A DNA stretch of 63,352 nucleotides from Nanobdellota archaeon (lineage in GTDB: Archaea; Nanobdellota; Nanobdellia; Woesearchaeales; GCA-2686295), in assembly GCA_018817005.1 (NCBI GenBank), contig JAHIUF010000031.1, positions 1-63,352 of the forward strand, written 5' to 3'. Below, piece after piece: positions 1 to 9,614 of this stretch. Numbering within the stretch: position 1 is the first letter of the stretch; the number at the start of each line of letters is the position of its first letter. The notes under the pieces were generated by a model that had not been told where the DNA came from, did no database searches, and was given only the letters and a program-made list of their open reading frames with translations. The translations under genes were made by a program, and so were the position numbers.

Positions 1-48
1 AACAACGAACAAATGAAAAAATACGCAAAAAAAAGAATGAATGCATAG
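1..48 (+). CDS. possible 3' end of a gene entering from the left
   Basis: Frame 1 is open from base 1 (NNEQMKKYAKKRMNA) to TAG at 46-48; too short to identify. Confidence 0.35.
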   Translation, partial: NNEQMKKYAKKRMNA

Positions 49-242
49 CTAAAGCCATGCAAAAACAATTTTTCCAACCAAAAATAATCAAAAAACAAGT
101 TTTTAGAAGAATTATTACAAAGAATTATCCGACACAGCAGCATTATAGAAAATTATTTAAAACGAACTTTTTTCTTTTATCGTGCTATTAAGATTAATTT
201 ATATAGCAATTATGGTTGCACGTCAACTAATCGCAATCAGTT

Positions 243-349
243 GCCTCCGCAAACAAAAAGCAGAGCTTTTTGAGTGAAGGCTCGTAAAACTCGCCTCCGT
301 AACAAAAATCAGAAGATTTTTGGACGTCGGCAATTTCATTGCCTCCGTA
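243..349 (+). repeat. degenerate ~49-bp hairpin-bearing repeats abutting the tRNA 5' end
   Basis: GCCTCCG(C/T)A at 243, 293 and 341; the intervening units hold the hairpins CAAAAAGC-AGA-GCTTTTTG and CAAAAATC-AGAA-GATTTTTG. Confidence 0.75.
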
Positions 350-428
350 GCATAGTAGCTATTGCGGCAGACTTGTAAACAAAAATCAAGTTATCTGCAG
401 GTCGTGGGTGCAATTCCCATCGGAGGCT
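341..428 (+). tRNA. tRNA-Thr(TGT) with 15-nt intron at 37/38 (378-392)
   Basis: Acceptor GCCTCCG/CGGAGGC; anticodon stem GCAGA/TCTGC; loop CT-TGT-A; T-arm GTGGG-TGCAATT-CCCAT; CTTG/CAAG central helix flanked by 3-nt bulges (relaxed BHB); CCA not encoded. Confidence 0.93.
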
Positions 429-430
429 TT

Positions 431-2056
431 TTATATCTTTTCAACCAAATCACTTACTGCTTCAAACAATTCTTCTGGCCAGTATTTTCTTCGTTCTTCG
501 CTTGCAACATTTTTGAAGTATTCTCTTGATTCATCATCTAATTCGAACTCTTCGCTTTCGATAAAACGCATGAGTGCTAAAAATATTTCATCCGGTAAAA
601 GGAGTTTTGCATTGATTTTTCTTAATTGGTCTTTTAATTTTATTTGTTCTTCCTTTGAATAACCTGTAGAAAAAAGCAGTTTCTTTTTCTTCTCAGGACT
701 CTTAAGTATTGACCATCGATTAGGAAATTCTATTTTTAATCGTTCAATGGCAATACTATGTGCGTGGTAAAAACCAACATCGATTTGACCTGATAAGTTA
801 TAAAGGTTAAGTTTTTGTTTTAACCAGTCCTCGTATGGCTCATCGTTTTCCAAGTACTCTTCAAAAAGTTTTTTACAATCAGAATCATCAATAAATCCTT
901 GTGTAAACCTTAACCAAAGACCATCTTTTGCCAAATCAATCATATTTGTTTTTCTTATTATTGAAAAGAATTTTTCTTCTTCCACACTTTCAATTATTAA
1001 AGTGTATCTTCGAACAAAATCTTTTCTTCTAAGTACTCTTCCATCTCTTTGTATCATCTGTCTGCTTGATCTTGTAAAGCTTGCAACAATTGCAATATTT
1101 GCATCTGGAACATCATATCCTTCATCTATTAATCTTGGAGCAACAAGAACTGCAGATTTTCTTTTTCTGAAATCCTCTAATCTTTCAATGACCTCTTTTT
1201 TTGACATTTGACTATGAACAACTATGGCACCTAAAACGTCACCTATTGTTTCAGAGAATTCTATGCTCTCGCTAAAGATAATTATTTTTTTGTCTTTTTC
1301 CAGATTAACAATTGTTTTTATAACATCGATTTTATTTTTTGCAGTATGTCTCATCTTTGCCTGCTGAGACCAAATCTTTAATATTCTTAAAGCAAATTTG
1401 TTTCCTCTCTTTGCCATAACAGTTACTTTTCTTACATCTATGGCCGCCATTCGTAGCAGCTGATAATATTCTCTTTGCAAATCCATGTACCTCTGATATT
1501 CTGTCAATTCCAAAGAAACTCTAATATTGCAAAGGTGAAATCTTTCTTTTAATTCTTCAACATTACTCAAACTATAAACAATCTTTCCCGCGCCATACCT
1601 TATGGCCAAGTCTCCTTCATCTTCTCTTTCTGGTGTTGCACTAAGACCAATTGTGTGGTCTGTTTGAAGAGAAAAAATTCCCGTGTATAGTTCTGAACCA
1701 TAATGGTGTATTTCATCAAGTATTTTTATTGTAAAGGGTGTATTAAATTCAAGTTTTGATGCAGTATTTATTACAGACAACACTATTCGTCCACTTAAAT
1801 CCTTTTTTCCTCCAAAATAAAAAGATGAAGAAATGTTTGGCAAGAACTTTTTTATTTCATTTCGCCATTGATACATTAAGTTTATGGTCGGAACCACAAC
1901 TAACGCTTTATTATTTTTATCCTCTTCTAAAACATCTTTTATTATTCTTATTGCAAGAACTGTTTTTCCTTTCCCAGAAGCAACTTTTACAACTCCTTTA
2001 AAATCATGTTTTTTTAATTCTTCATAAGCTTCTTTTTGCCATTCGTAAAGTTCCAT
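431..2056 (-). CDS. SF2 DEAD/DEAH helicase, XPB/Rad25-like
   Basis: Q motif LYEWQ, Walker A ASGKGKT, DEIHH, SAT, QRDGRVLR. Confidence 0.85.
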   Translation of the reverse strand: MELYEWQKEAYEELKKHDFKGVVKVASGKGKTVLAIRIIKDVLEEDKNNKALVVVPTINLMYQWRNEIKKFLPNISSSFYFGGKKDLSGRIVLSVINTASKLEFNTPFTIKILDEIHHYGSELYTGIFSLQTDHTIGLSATPEREDEGDLAIRYGAGKIVYSLSNVEELKERFHLCNIRVSLELTEYQRYMDLQREYYQLLRMAAIDVRKVTVMAKRGNKFALRILKIWSQQAKMRHTAKNKIDVIKTIVNLEKDKKIIIFSESIEFSETIGDVLGAIVVHSQMSKKEVIERLEDFRKRKSAVLVAPRLIDEGYDVPDANIAIVASFTRSSRQMIQRDGRVLRRKDFVRRYTLIIESVEEEKFFSIIRKTNMIDLAKDGLWLRFTQGFIDDSDCKKLFEEYLENDEPYEDWLKQKLNLYNLSGQIDVGFYHAHSIAIERLKIEFPNRWSILKSPEKKKKLLFSTGYSKEEQIKLKDQLRKINAKLLLPDEIFLALMRFIESEEFELDDESREYFKNVASEERRKYWPEELFEAVSDLVEKI

Positions 2057-2207
2057 ATAGTAATAGAATAAAGAATCTCTTTTAATAGTTTAACTAAATG
2101 TTTACTATAATCAATTCTGAAAATCTTTTTTTCATTAAAAAGTTTTACTTGAAATTAAGCTTTTTAAAAAGATAAATTTAAATAACAAAAAAACTCTGTT
2201 GTTTATT

Positions 2208-2819
2208 ATGAAGAGATTTATGTTGTTAATTTTAATGTTATTTTTGCTTTCTGCTTGTGTTGAAGAAATTAGTTTAGACTATGAAAAAGAGTATGAAAAA
2301 ATTGTTCAAAATGATTTTATTGAAGAAATGAATAATCAAAATTTGGAGTTAAGAGAAAATATTACGAAACTTCAAGAAGAATTAACATATCAAAAAGCTC
2401 AAACTAACACGTTTATTGAGAGATTAAAAGAATTTTTAGATTTACCCAGCAGAAAAGCCAGTCCTTCTGATTGGATATCTGAAGAGCAGATTCAAGTTCA
2501 AGATGACAAAATAATTATTAATATAAATGATGCAGTTATTGCAAAGGTTACTGATACGCATTCTTTAGAACCAACAATTGACAAAAACACTCATATTATT
2601 CAAATCAAACCTCAAAATGAGAGTGATATAAGAATTGGTGACATTGTGGCTTATGAGTCTCAATTAACTAGTAATTTAATTCTTCACAGAGTTGTTTCAA
2701 AAGGAAAAGATGAAGATGGTTGGTTTTTTGTGATGAAAGGAGACAATGTAGGGGTTCCAGATCCTGAATCTGTCCGATTTTCACAGATTAAATGGGTTGT
2801 TGTTGGAATAATGTACTAA
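2208..2819 (+). CDS. lipoprotein with coiled coil and C-terminal S26 (Sec11/SipW-type) signal peptidase domain
   Basis: Lipobox LSAC; motifs HSLEP, GDIVAY, LHRV, MKGDN; ATG at 2208 preferred. Confidence 0.7.
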   Translation: MKRFMLLILMLFLLSACVEEISLDYEKEYEKIVQNDFIEEMNNQNLELRENITKLQEELTYQKAQTNTFIERLKEFLDLPSRKASPSDWISEEQIQVQDDKIIININDAVIAKVTDTHSLEPTIDKNTHIIQIKPQNESDIRIGDIVAYESQLTSNLILHRVVSKGKDEDGWFFVMKGDNVGVPDPESVRFSQIKWVVVGIMY

Positions 2820-2875
2820 TGCTTTTGTATGAAAAAAGAATAATTTTAAATAAAAATCAATATTACTTTTAAATA

Positions 2876-3112
2876 ATGAAAAAAATAATTATTATAACAA
2901 TCTTCTTTTTGATGATTTTACTGATTGGGTGTGAAAAGAATAGTTCTTTGACTGGTCAAGCAATTTATGGTTCTGATGCTTCCAGTGATAATTTTGAAAT
3001 ACAAAAAGTAGATTTAAAGGAATGTTGTACTTTTATTGATGAACAGGGTTTAAAAAAAACTTGTAGTGTCCTGAAAAGATTTGATTGTGATTATTGTGAA
3101 TCTGTATGTTAA
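2876..3112 (+). CDS. small Cys-rich lipoprotein
   Basis: Lipobox LIGC, LTGQAI motif, six C-terminal Cys; TATA ~25 nt upstream. Confidence 0.7.
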   Translation: MKKIIIITIFFLMILLIGCEKNSSLTGQAIYGSDASSDNFEIQKVDLKECCTFIDEQGLKKTCSVLKRFDCDYCESVC

Positions 3113-3115
3113 AAT

Positions 3116-3400
3116 TTATTCAAACTCTTTTATTCTCTTTCTGATCACTTCAGAATATTTTTTTCTATCAAGAATTTTTTCAAGCTTTAATGCAAGCGCG
3201 TGATCTCCTAAAACATCTCTCACCCATTTGGCAAAATCGTTTTTTCGATTGTCCTGATTAACATGATAAACAAAATCCCAAATCTTCATGAATTCAATTT
3301 CATTTACAAGCTCATAGATATTTCTTACAACAGTGCCATTACAAAACCAAAAGCTTTTTTCCGGCGGAACATCTGATAGGAAATTCCAAGGGTCAACCAA
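3116..3400 (-). CDS. stand-alone DUF5752-like domain protein
   Basis: FWFCNG...HVN..KNDFAKWVRDV; TTG start after GAGGTGA. Confidence 0.75.
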   Translation of the reverse strand: MVDPWNFLSDVPPEKSFWFCNGTVVRNIYELVNEIEFMKIWDFVYHVNQDNRKNDFAKWVRDVLGDHALALKLEKILDRKKYSEVIRKRIKEFE

Positions 3401-3496
3401 ATTCTCACCTCAAAACAGTTGATGGTATTATAAGTTTAAAAATGTTTCCAAAAATGAAATATGACAATTGAAAAAAATAGGAAAAAACAAGACAAG

Positions 3497-3549
3497 ATAT
3501 CGAACCCAATATATCGAAAAAGATATATCGAAATCGATACTTTTAAATA
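3497..3549 (+). promoter_or_regulatory. triple operator ATATCG-N4-CGATAT (14-bp period) plus TATA box
   Basis: ATATCGAA at 3497, 3511 and 3525, followed by TTTTAAATA at 3541, upstream of padR. Confidence 0.7.
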
Positions 3550-3572
3550 TATTAAAATTTTATAAAAATAAA

Positions 3573-4076
3573 ATGATAAGGGGCCACTTGCGAATGCTTG
3601 TTATAAAAGCACTCGATGAAGGTGAAAAATCAGGTTATGGATTAACAAAGTTCATATCTAAAAATACTGGATGGAAACCTAGTTGCGGCTCGATGTATCC
3701 TCTTCTTGAACAATTAACAAAAGAAAAGATTGTAGAATTCAAAGTAAAAGAAAACAAAAAAATGTATGCTTTAACAATAATAGGAAAAGAAGAACTCAAA
3801 AAAATTTCTGAAAAGAAAGCCGAGCTTCTAACAAAAGTTGATGAAGTAATGAAAACATACATGACCATATATAAACAAAAACTTGGAAAATTTCAACAAA
3901 AAGCAATAAATCTAATGAAAGAAGGAAAAATAGATATTGAAAACCCCCCTCCAGAAATGACAAGGTTAAAAGAATTAATGTCAGAATTGGTGGTAACTGG
4001 AAAAGTTAAAAAAGAATGGGAAAAAATTAATAAACTATTAAAAAGAACAAACGATGAACTAGAAAAAATAAAATGA
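3573..4076 (+). CDS. PadR-family transcriptional regulator
   Basis: GHLRMLVIKAL..SGYGL..WKPSCGSMYPLL..KKMYALT; the ATG at 3573 lies downstream of the TATA box. Confidence 0.9.
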   Translation: MIRGHLRMLVIKALDEGEKSGYGLTKFISKNTGWKPSCGSMYPLLEQLTKEKIVEFKVKENKKMYALTIIGKEELKKISEKKAELLTKVDEVMKTYMTIYKQKLGKFQQKAINLMKEGKIDIENPPPEMTRLKELMSELVVTGKVKKEWEKINKLLKRTNDELEKIK

Positions 4077-4759
4077 CCAAAGAAATCATAATTGAATTAG
4101 ACAACGTCTGGAAAACATATAAAATGGGAACCGTAGAAGTACATGCACTCAGGGGAATGAGTTTAAAAGTTAAGAAAGGAGAATTTTTAGCAATCATGGG
4201 ACCTTCAGGAAGTGGAAAAAGCACCGCCATGAACATGATAGGCTGTCTTGACATCCCAACCAAAGGAGAAATAAAACTCTTAGGAAGAGACATATCAACA
4301 CTTCACGAATCAGACTTGGCTCAAATAAGAGGTAAAAAAATAGGGTTTATATTTCAAAAATTCAACTTACTAAACACACTTACTGCAAAAGAAAACATAA
4401 TGCTACCAATGACATTTCAAGGTATTCCAAGAGAAGAAAGAGAAAAAAAATCTGAGGAATTACTGGGTCTTGTAGAGCTAAAAGATCGTATGGATCACAG
4501 ACCAAATGAACTGAGTGGAGGTCAACAACAAAGAGTTGCTATTGCAAGATCACTTTCAAATAGTCCAGATGTGATTCTCGCAGATGAACCCACAGGAAAC
4601 TTAGACAGCACAACAGGAGAAAGAGTGCTTGATTTTTTAAAAAAACTCCACAAAGAAAAAGGAACAACAATTGTAATGGTCACACATGACAAAAAGATTG
4701 CAGAACAAGCCGAAAGAATTGAATTCTTAAAAGACGGCTCGATTGTAAAAAACTTATAG
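4073..4759 (+). CDS. ABC transporter ATP-binding protein (LolD/MacB type)
   Basis: GPSGSGKS, LSGGQQQRVAIAR, DEPTGNLD, VTHD. Confidence 0.95.
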   Translation: MTKEIIIELDNVWKTYKMGTVEVHALRGMSLKVKKGEFLAIMGPSGSGKSTAMNMIGCLDIPTKGEIKLLGRDISTLHESDLAQIRGKKIGFIFQKFNLLNTLTAKENIMLPMTFQGIPREEREKKSEELLGLVELKDRMDHRPNELSGGQQQRVAIARSLSNSPDVILADEPTGNLDSTTGERVLDFLKKLHKEKGTTIVMVTHDKKIAEQAERIEFLKDGSIVKNL

Positions 4760-4770
4760 AGGTAAAAAAA

Positions 4771-6003
4771 ATGAGAACTACAAAAATTGAGTTATTAAAA
4801 ACCATGTTTATAATAATTATACTGGTTTTAACAATAGGATTAGTTTCAGCAACAGAACAATCATATCTGTCTGCAACACTAATGAAATATGAACCACAAC
4901 CATCAACACCTGGAAATTATGTTAAAGCATATATAAAACTTGAAAATTCAGGAAACGGACAAGCAAAAAATGTTGCTTTAGAAGTCTTGCCAGAATACCC
5001 TTTTAGTATAGATGATGGTAGAAAGAGCAAAGAACAAATAGGAATTATTGGTGGACAAAGTTTTTACACTGCAGAATTCACAATGAGAGTGGATAAAAAT
5101 GCAGTGGAAGGCACGAATTATCTTAGAGTAAGATACAACATTGACGAACAACAAACAAAATGGACTGAACAAAAATTAGCAATCAGTGTTCAAACGCAAG
5201 ATGCTATTTTATCAATTGAGTCAATTTCAATAGAGCCATCAGAAATTACTCCTGGAAAAGCAGGGACTATAAAAATAACTCTCAGTAATCCTTCGGACTC
5301 ATATATTAGTGATATAAGCGCACAAATAGATCTTTCTTCAACAACATTACCATTTGCACCACACAATTCTGCAACAGAAAAAAATATTTACCAAATAAAA
5401 GAAAGACAAAAACAAGAGTTAGAATATGAAATAATAGCTCTTCCGGGAGCAGAAGCAAATGTTTACAAAATACCACTAGACATATCCTATTATGATAATG
5501 TTGGAAACAGTTATTCGAAATCTGAATTAATTGGCGTTGTTGTAAACAGTGAACCTGACATAAAAGTTACTGTTGATGGAACAGACCTTCTAAGAAGTCA
5601 GATGGTTGGAACAATAACTCTAAAGGTTGTAAATAAAGGATTAAGCGATTTGAAATTCTTAAACTTAAAGCTTACAGAAACAGATGATTTTGAAATAATG
5701 TCTTCATCTTCAGAAGAATACATAGGAAATCTTGATTCTGATGATTTTGAAACAGTTGAGTATAAGATAAAACTGAAAAAAACAGGTGAGATTAAGATAC
5801 CGCTAGAACTAGAATATAAAGACACAAACAACAATCCCTACTCTGAAAGTTTATCAGTAAACCTAAAAGTTCGAACTGCAGAAGAACTTGGTCAGGAAAA
5901 AAGTAAAGGCGGAATATGGATTATAATAATCGTTGTAGTTGTAGTTGGATTCTTTATATACAGAAACAGAAAAAAGAAAAAGAAAAAAGAGAGCAACGCT
6001 TAA
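4771..6003 (+). CDS. COG1361-type S-layer-domain membrane-anchored protein
   Basis: Signal peptide, tandem Ig-like domains (YIGNLDSDD), C-terminal TM plus basic tail; usual partner of archaeal MacB-type operons. Confidence 0.8.
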   Translation: MRTTKIELLKTMFIIIILVLTIGLVSATEQSYLSATLMKYEPQPSTPGNYVKAYIKLENSGNGQAKNVALEVLPEYPFSIDDGRKSKEQIGIIGGQSFYTAEFTMRVDKNAVEGTNYLRVRYNIDEQQTKWTEQKLAISVQTQDAILSIESISIEPSEITPGKAGTIKITLSNPSDSYISDISAQIDLSSTTLPFAPHNSATEKNIYQIKERQKQELEYEIIALPGAEANVYKIPLDISYYDNVGNSYSKSELIGVVVNSEPDIKVTVDGTDLLRSQMVGTITLKVVNKGLSDLKFLNLKLTETDDFEIMSSSSEEYIGNLDSDDFETVEYKIKLKKTGEIKIPLELEYKDTNNNPYSESLSVNLKVRTAEELGQEKSKGGIWIIIIVVVVVGFFIYRNRKKKKKKESNA

Positions 6004-6015
6004 AGCCTAAAAAAA

Positions 6016-7233
6016 ATGTTTTTTGATTTTTTTCTTATAGCATGCCGAAACATCTCCAGAAGGAGACTTCGGTCATGGCTTACAATGGTTGGTATATTTA
6101 TAGGTATAGCTGCTGTTTTTACACTAGTAAGTCTTGGAAATGGATTTGAAAAAGCCCTTATTGATGAATTTGAAAAAATGGGTACAGATAAACTATTTGT
6201 ACAACCAGGAAAAGGCTTCTTTTCAACCCCTGGTTCTTTAAAAAATGTTTTGTCAGATTATGATTTAGAACTAATAAAAAAAGTTAAAGGAGTAGAAACT
6301 GCTGCAGGCATGAACTATAAAATTGCAAGAATAGAATTTAAAGATATATCAAAATATTCATGGGTTATAGGAATTTCAACTGATCCTGAAGAAAAAAAAT
6401 TATTATTTGAGATGCAAAATTTCAAGGTTGCGAAAGGACGAGAATTAGAGTCAAGCGATAAATACAAAATATTAATCGGTGCACAAATTGCAAAAGGATT
6501 GACCTTTGATAAAGAAGTTGATCTTCGAAATACAATAAAAATTGACGGCATAGACTTTAAGGTTGTAGGAATCTTAGAATCTATGGGAAACCCGCAGGAT
6601 GATCAAACAATGTATATACCTTTAAAAACAGAAAAAGAGATTTTTGGGGAAGGAGAAAACCTTGATTATATAATGGCCAAAACATCATTTAATGCAGACC
6701 AGGACAGAGTGGCTGCAGACATAATGAAAACTTTAAGAAGAGAAAAAGGTGTTCGTGAAGGGGATGAAAACTTTAACGTTCAAACATCTGCCCAGTTAAT
6801 AGAGAGTTTTAACACAGTTCTAAACATTGTTACCGTGGCACTTATCAGTATTGCTGCAATTAGTATTGTTGTTGGAGCAGTGGGAATAACAAACACGATG
6901 TACACAGCAGTATTAGAAAGAACAGGAGAGATAGGAATCATGAAAGCAATAGGTGCAAAAAACTCAGACATACTAACAATATTTTTAATCGAATCAGGAA
7001 TACTTGGAATGATGGGTGGTTTAATAGGTGTATTAATTGGTGTTGGAATTGGAAAATTAGTTGAAGTAATCGTAAAAACAGCCCTTTTAATTGATTATAT
7101 AACTCCTGAAATAACTGTTGGACTCATATTAGGATCACTCGCATTCGCATTCGTAATTGGAGCGGTCTCTGGAACAATGCCTGCAAGACAAGCTTCAAAA
7201 ATGCACCCTGTAAACGCTTTAAGATCAAAATGA
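6016..7233 (+). CDS. ABC permease (MacB/FtsX family)
   Basis: RSWLTMVGIFIG, NTMYTAVLERTGEIGIMKAIGA, PARQAS. Confidence 0.93.
   Translation: MFFDFFLIACRNISRRRLRSWLTMVGIFIGIAAVFTLVSLGNGFEKALIDEFEKMGTDKLFVQPGKGFFSTPGSLKNVLSDYDLELIKKVKGVETAAGMNYKIARIEFKDISKYSWVIGISTDPEEKKLLFEMQNFKVAKGRELESSDKYKILIGAQIAKGLTFDKEVDLRNTIKIDGIDFKVVGILESMGNPQDDQTMYIPLKTEKEIFGEGENLDYIMAKTSFNADQDRVAADIMKTLRREKGVREGDENFNVQTSAQLIESFNTVLNIVTVALISIAAISIVVGAVGITNTMYTAVLERTGEIGIMKAIGAKNSDILTIFLIESGILGMMGGLIGVLIGVGIGKLVEVIVKTALLIDYITPEITVGLILGSLAFAFVIGAVSGTMPARQASKMHPVNALRSK
6847..7008 (+). repeat. 162-bp near-identical repeat (second copy at 8061-8222)
   Basis: 6 mismatches by manual alignment between the two permease genes. 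Confidence 0.85.
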
Positions 7234-8447
7234 TAAAAGATTATTTTAAAGTAGCCATAAAAAATATTTTTAATCGAAAACTTAGATCATGGCTTACGAT
7301 GATAGGTATTTTTATTGGTATTGCTGCAGTTGTAGCTCTTATAAGTTTAGGAAGTGGTATGCAAAAAGCCATAACTTCACAATTTGGAAAAATAGGGGCT
7401 AATAGAATATCTATCTCACCAGGTGGTGCAATTGCAGGTCCTCTTTCAGAAAATCTGGGAAGTGGAATTCTTTATAGTAGTGATGTTGAAGCTGTCAGAA
7501 ATGTTAAAGGTGTTGAGTTTGCAACAGGACCAATAGCAGCATATGTTGAACTGGAATTTAACAAAGAAATTGAATATGTTGCTTTAATGGCTTTTGATGA
7601 TGATACAAAAACTCTCCGATACATGGAAGAAATGGGTTTAGCGGAAGTTGAATATGGTAGGCAAATCAAAACCGGCGCTACAAGAGAGGTGATACTTGGA
7701 AACAGAATTGCAAATGATCTTTTTGATAAACCAATTCAGGTTGGGAATAGTATATATGTTGATAATTACAAGTTTAATGTTGTTGGAATTCAAAAAAAAT
7801 CCGATTCATCTATGTTTGATACAGTAATAAGAATTTCAAAAAAAACTGCTGAAGACTTGTTTGAAAGAGAAAATCCTTCTAATATTTTTGCAAAAGTTGA
7901 TGATAATTATGAACCCACAGAAGTGCTTGGAAAATTAGAAAAAGCTTTAAGAAAAGAGCACAACGTAGATGAGGGAGAAGAAGATTTCACTATAGAAATT
8001 GCTGCAGATGTTATTGAATCGTTCACACGCATATTAACAACTGTTCAAATATTAGTTATTAGTATTGCTGCAATTAGTATTGTTGTTGGAGCAGTGGGAA
8101 TAACAAATACTATGTACACAGCAGTATTAGAAAGAACAGGAGAGATAGGAATCATGAAAGCAATAGGTGCAAGAAACTCAGACATACTAACAATTTTTTT
8201 AATAGAATCAGGAATGCTTGGACTTGTAGGGGGACTAATAGGTATATTTATTGGTGTTGGAATTGGAAAAGCAGTTGAAGTCATAGCCAAAGCTGCAATG
8301 AACTCAAATATTTTACAAGCACATTTTCCATGGTATTTGATTCTTGGATCGTTACTATTCAGTTTTCTCCTTGGTGCAATTGCAGGAACAATGCCTGCAA
8401 AACAAGCCTCCAAAATGAATCCCATCGATGCCTTGAGATATGAATGA
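7230..8447 (+). CDS. ABC permease (MacB/FtsX family), paralog
   Basis: Same motifs; ends P-IDALRYE. Confidence 0.93.
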   Translation: MIKDYFKVAIKNIFNRKLRSWLTMIGIFIGIAAVVALISLGSGMQKAITSQFGKIGANRISISPGGAIAGPLSENLGSGILYSSDVEAVRNVKGVEFATGPIAAYVELEFNKEIEYVALMAFDDDTKTLRYMEEMGLAEVEYGRQIKTGATREVILGNRIANDLFDKPIQVGNSIYVDNYKFNVVGIQKKSDSSMFDTVIRISKKTAEDLFERENPSNIFAKVDDNYEPTEVLGKLEKALRKEHNVDEGEEDFTIEIAADVIESFTRILTTVQILVISIAAISIVVGAVGITNTMYTAVLERTGEIGIMKAIGARNSDILTIFLIESGMLGLVGGLIGIFIGVGIGKAVEVIAKAAMNSNILQAHFPWYLILGSLLFSFLLGAIAGTMPAKQASKMNPIDALRYE

Positions 8448-8467
8448 TTATTCTTAATTCTTAGTAT

Positions 8468-8588
8468 CATAAAATTTATATAATCAAAAACCAAAAGATT
8501 TTTGGATAAAAATTTTATTTACATAAAATTTATATAATCAAAAACCAAAAGATTTTTGGATAAAAATTTTATTTACATAAAATTTATA
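8468..8588. repeat. 54-bp perfect tandem duplication plus partial third copy
   Basis: Units at 8468-8521 and 8522-8575, partial at 8576-8588; each contains CAAAAACC-AAAA-GATTTTTG. Confidence 0.9.
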
Positions 8589-8614
8589 AACAATAAAAAA
8601 GAGTATTAAAATTA

Positions 8615-9610
8615 ATGGAAAAAGAAAAAATCACCAGATATTGGCTGATAATAGTATCCTTAATAATATTAACCTTAAGTTTTTTTATTGTAAAAGATTT
8701 TCTTGCATACATTGTTTTTGCGTTTGTTCTAATATTTGGTTTTTATCCTCTTTACAGATTTTTAAACAAGAAGATAAAAAACAAGAATGTTTGTGCTTGG
8801 TTGATGATATTAATTATTTTAATAATCATTATCATACCATTATTTTTTATAATAAATTCTCTCGTGCAACAAAGCTATTCTGCTTATAACAATGTAAACA
8901 ACATCGATTTTAATAAAATGGTGGGATATATTGATTTTATTTTTAAAAAAGATATAAACATTGATTATTACTTTCAAACAACCATTCTAAAAATAAGGGA
9001 TGGAATAATTCGATCAGCGCCAGGATTTATAGGTTCGGTTGCAGATATCATTTTAGGTCTTTTCATAATGTTTTTTGTGATGTTTTATGGATTTAAAGAA
9101 GGAAACAACTGGGTTTTACTTGTAAAAAACATCTTGCCTTTAAAAAATGAAGCAAAAGAAAGGTTGTTTATGGAAACTGCAAATGTTACAAAAGGAGTTA
9201 TCTATGGTCAATTCTTAACATCATTCATCCAAGGAGCTCTAGGCACAATTGCATTTCTAATATTAGGAATACCAGGAGCTGTTTTTTGGGGTTTTATAAT
9301 GATGATTCTAGCATTCATACCAGTTCTTGGAACACCAATTATTTGGCTTCCCACAGCATTAATACAACTTGCTATTGGAAGAACAGTTCAGGGAATAATA
9401 CTATTAATTTTTGGTTTTGTAATACTAATAAACATTGATAATTTGTTGAAACCAAAACTGGTGAGTGCAAAATCAAAAATTCATCCACTAGTTGCATTGA
9501 TAGGACTCTTCGGAGGTTTAAAACTATTTGGTCTTATTGGGATAATTCTCGGACCTTTAATTCTAGCAATACTTTTTGTGGGTATAAAATTTTATACTGA
9601 AGAATTATGA
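8615..9610 (+). CDS. AI-2E family transporter
   Basis: Multi-TM; FIPVLGT, IDNLLKP, IHP, GGLKLFG..GIILGP. Confidence 0.92.
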   Translation: MEKEKITRYWLIIVSLIILTLSFFIVKDFLAYIVFAFVLIFGFYPLYRFLNKKIKNKNVCAWLMILIILIIIIIPLFFIINSLVQQSYSAYNNVNNIDFNKMVGYIDFIFKKDINIDYYFQTTILKIRDGIIRSAPGFIGSVADIILGLFIMFFVMFYGFKEGNNWVLLVKNILPLKNEAKERLFMETANVTKGVIYGQFLTSFIQGALGTIAFLILGIPGAVFWGFIMMILAFIPVLGTPIIWLPTALIQLAIGRTVQGIILLIFGFVILINIDNLLKPKLVSAKSKIHPLVALIGLFGGLKLFGLIGIILGPLILAILFVGIKFYTEEL

Positions 9611-9614
9611 TTTT

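Noticed and set aside
58..190. 44-codon ORF MQKQFFQPK...
   Set aside because: No RBS or recognisable motif, and it spans a likely TATA box
243..349. Mini CRISPR array
   Set aside because: Shared repeat is only 7-9 nt, the 'spacers' resemble each other and are hairpins, and there are no cas genes
408..662. 84-aa plus-strand ORF
   Set aside because: Overlaps the tRNA-Thr 3' end and is antisense to the helicase
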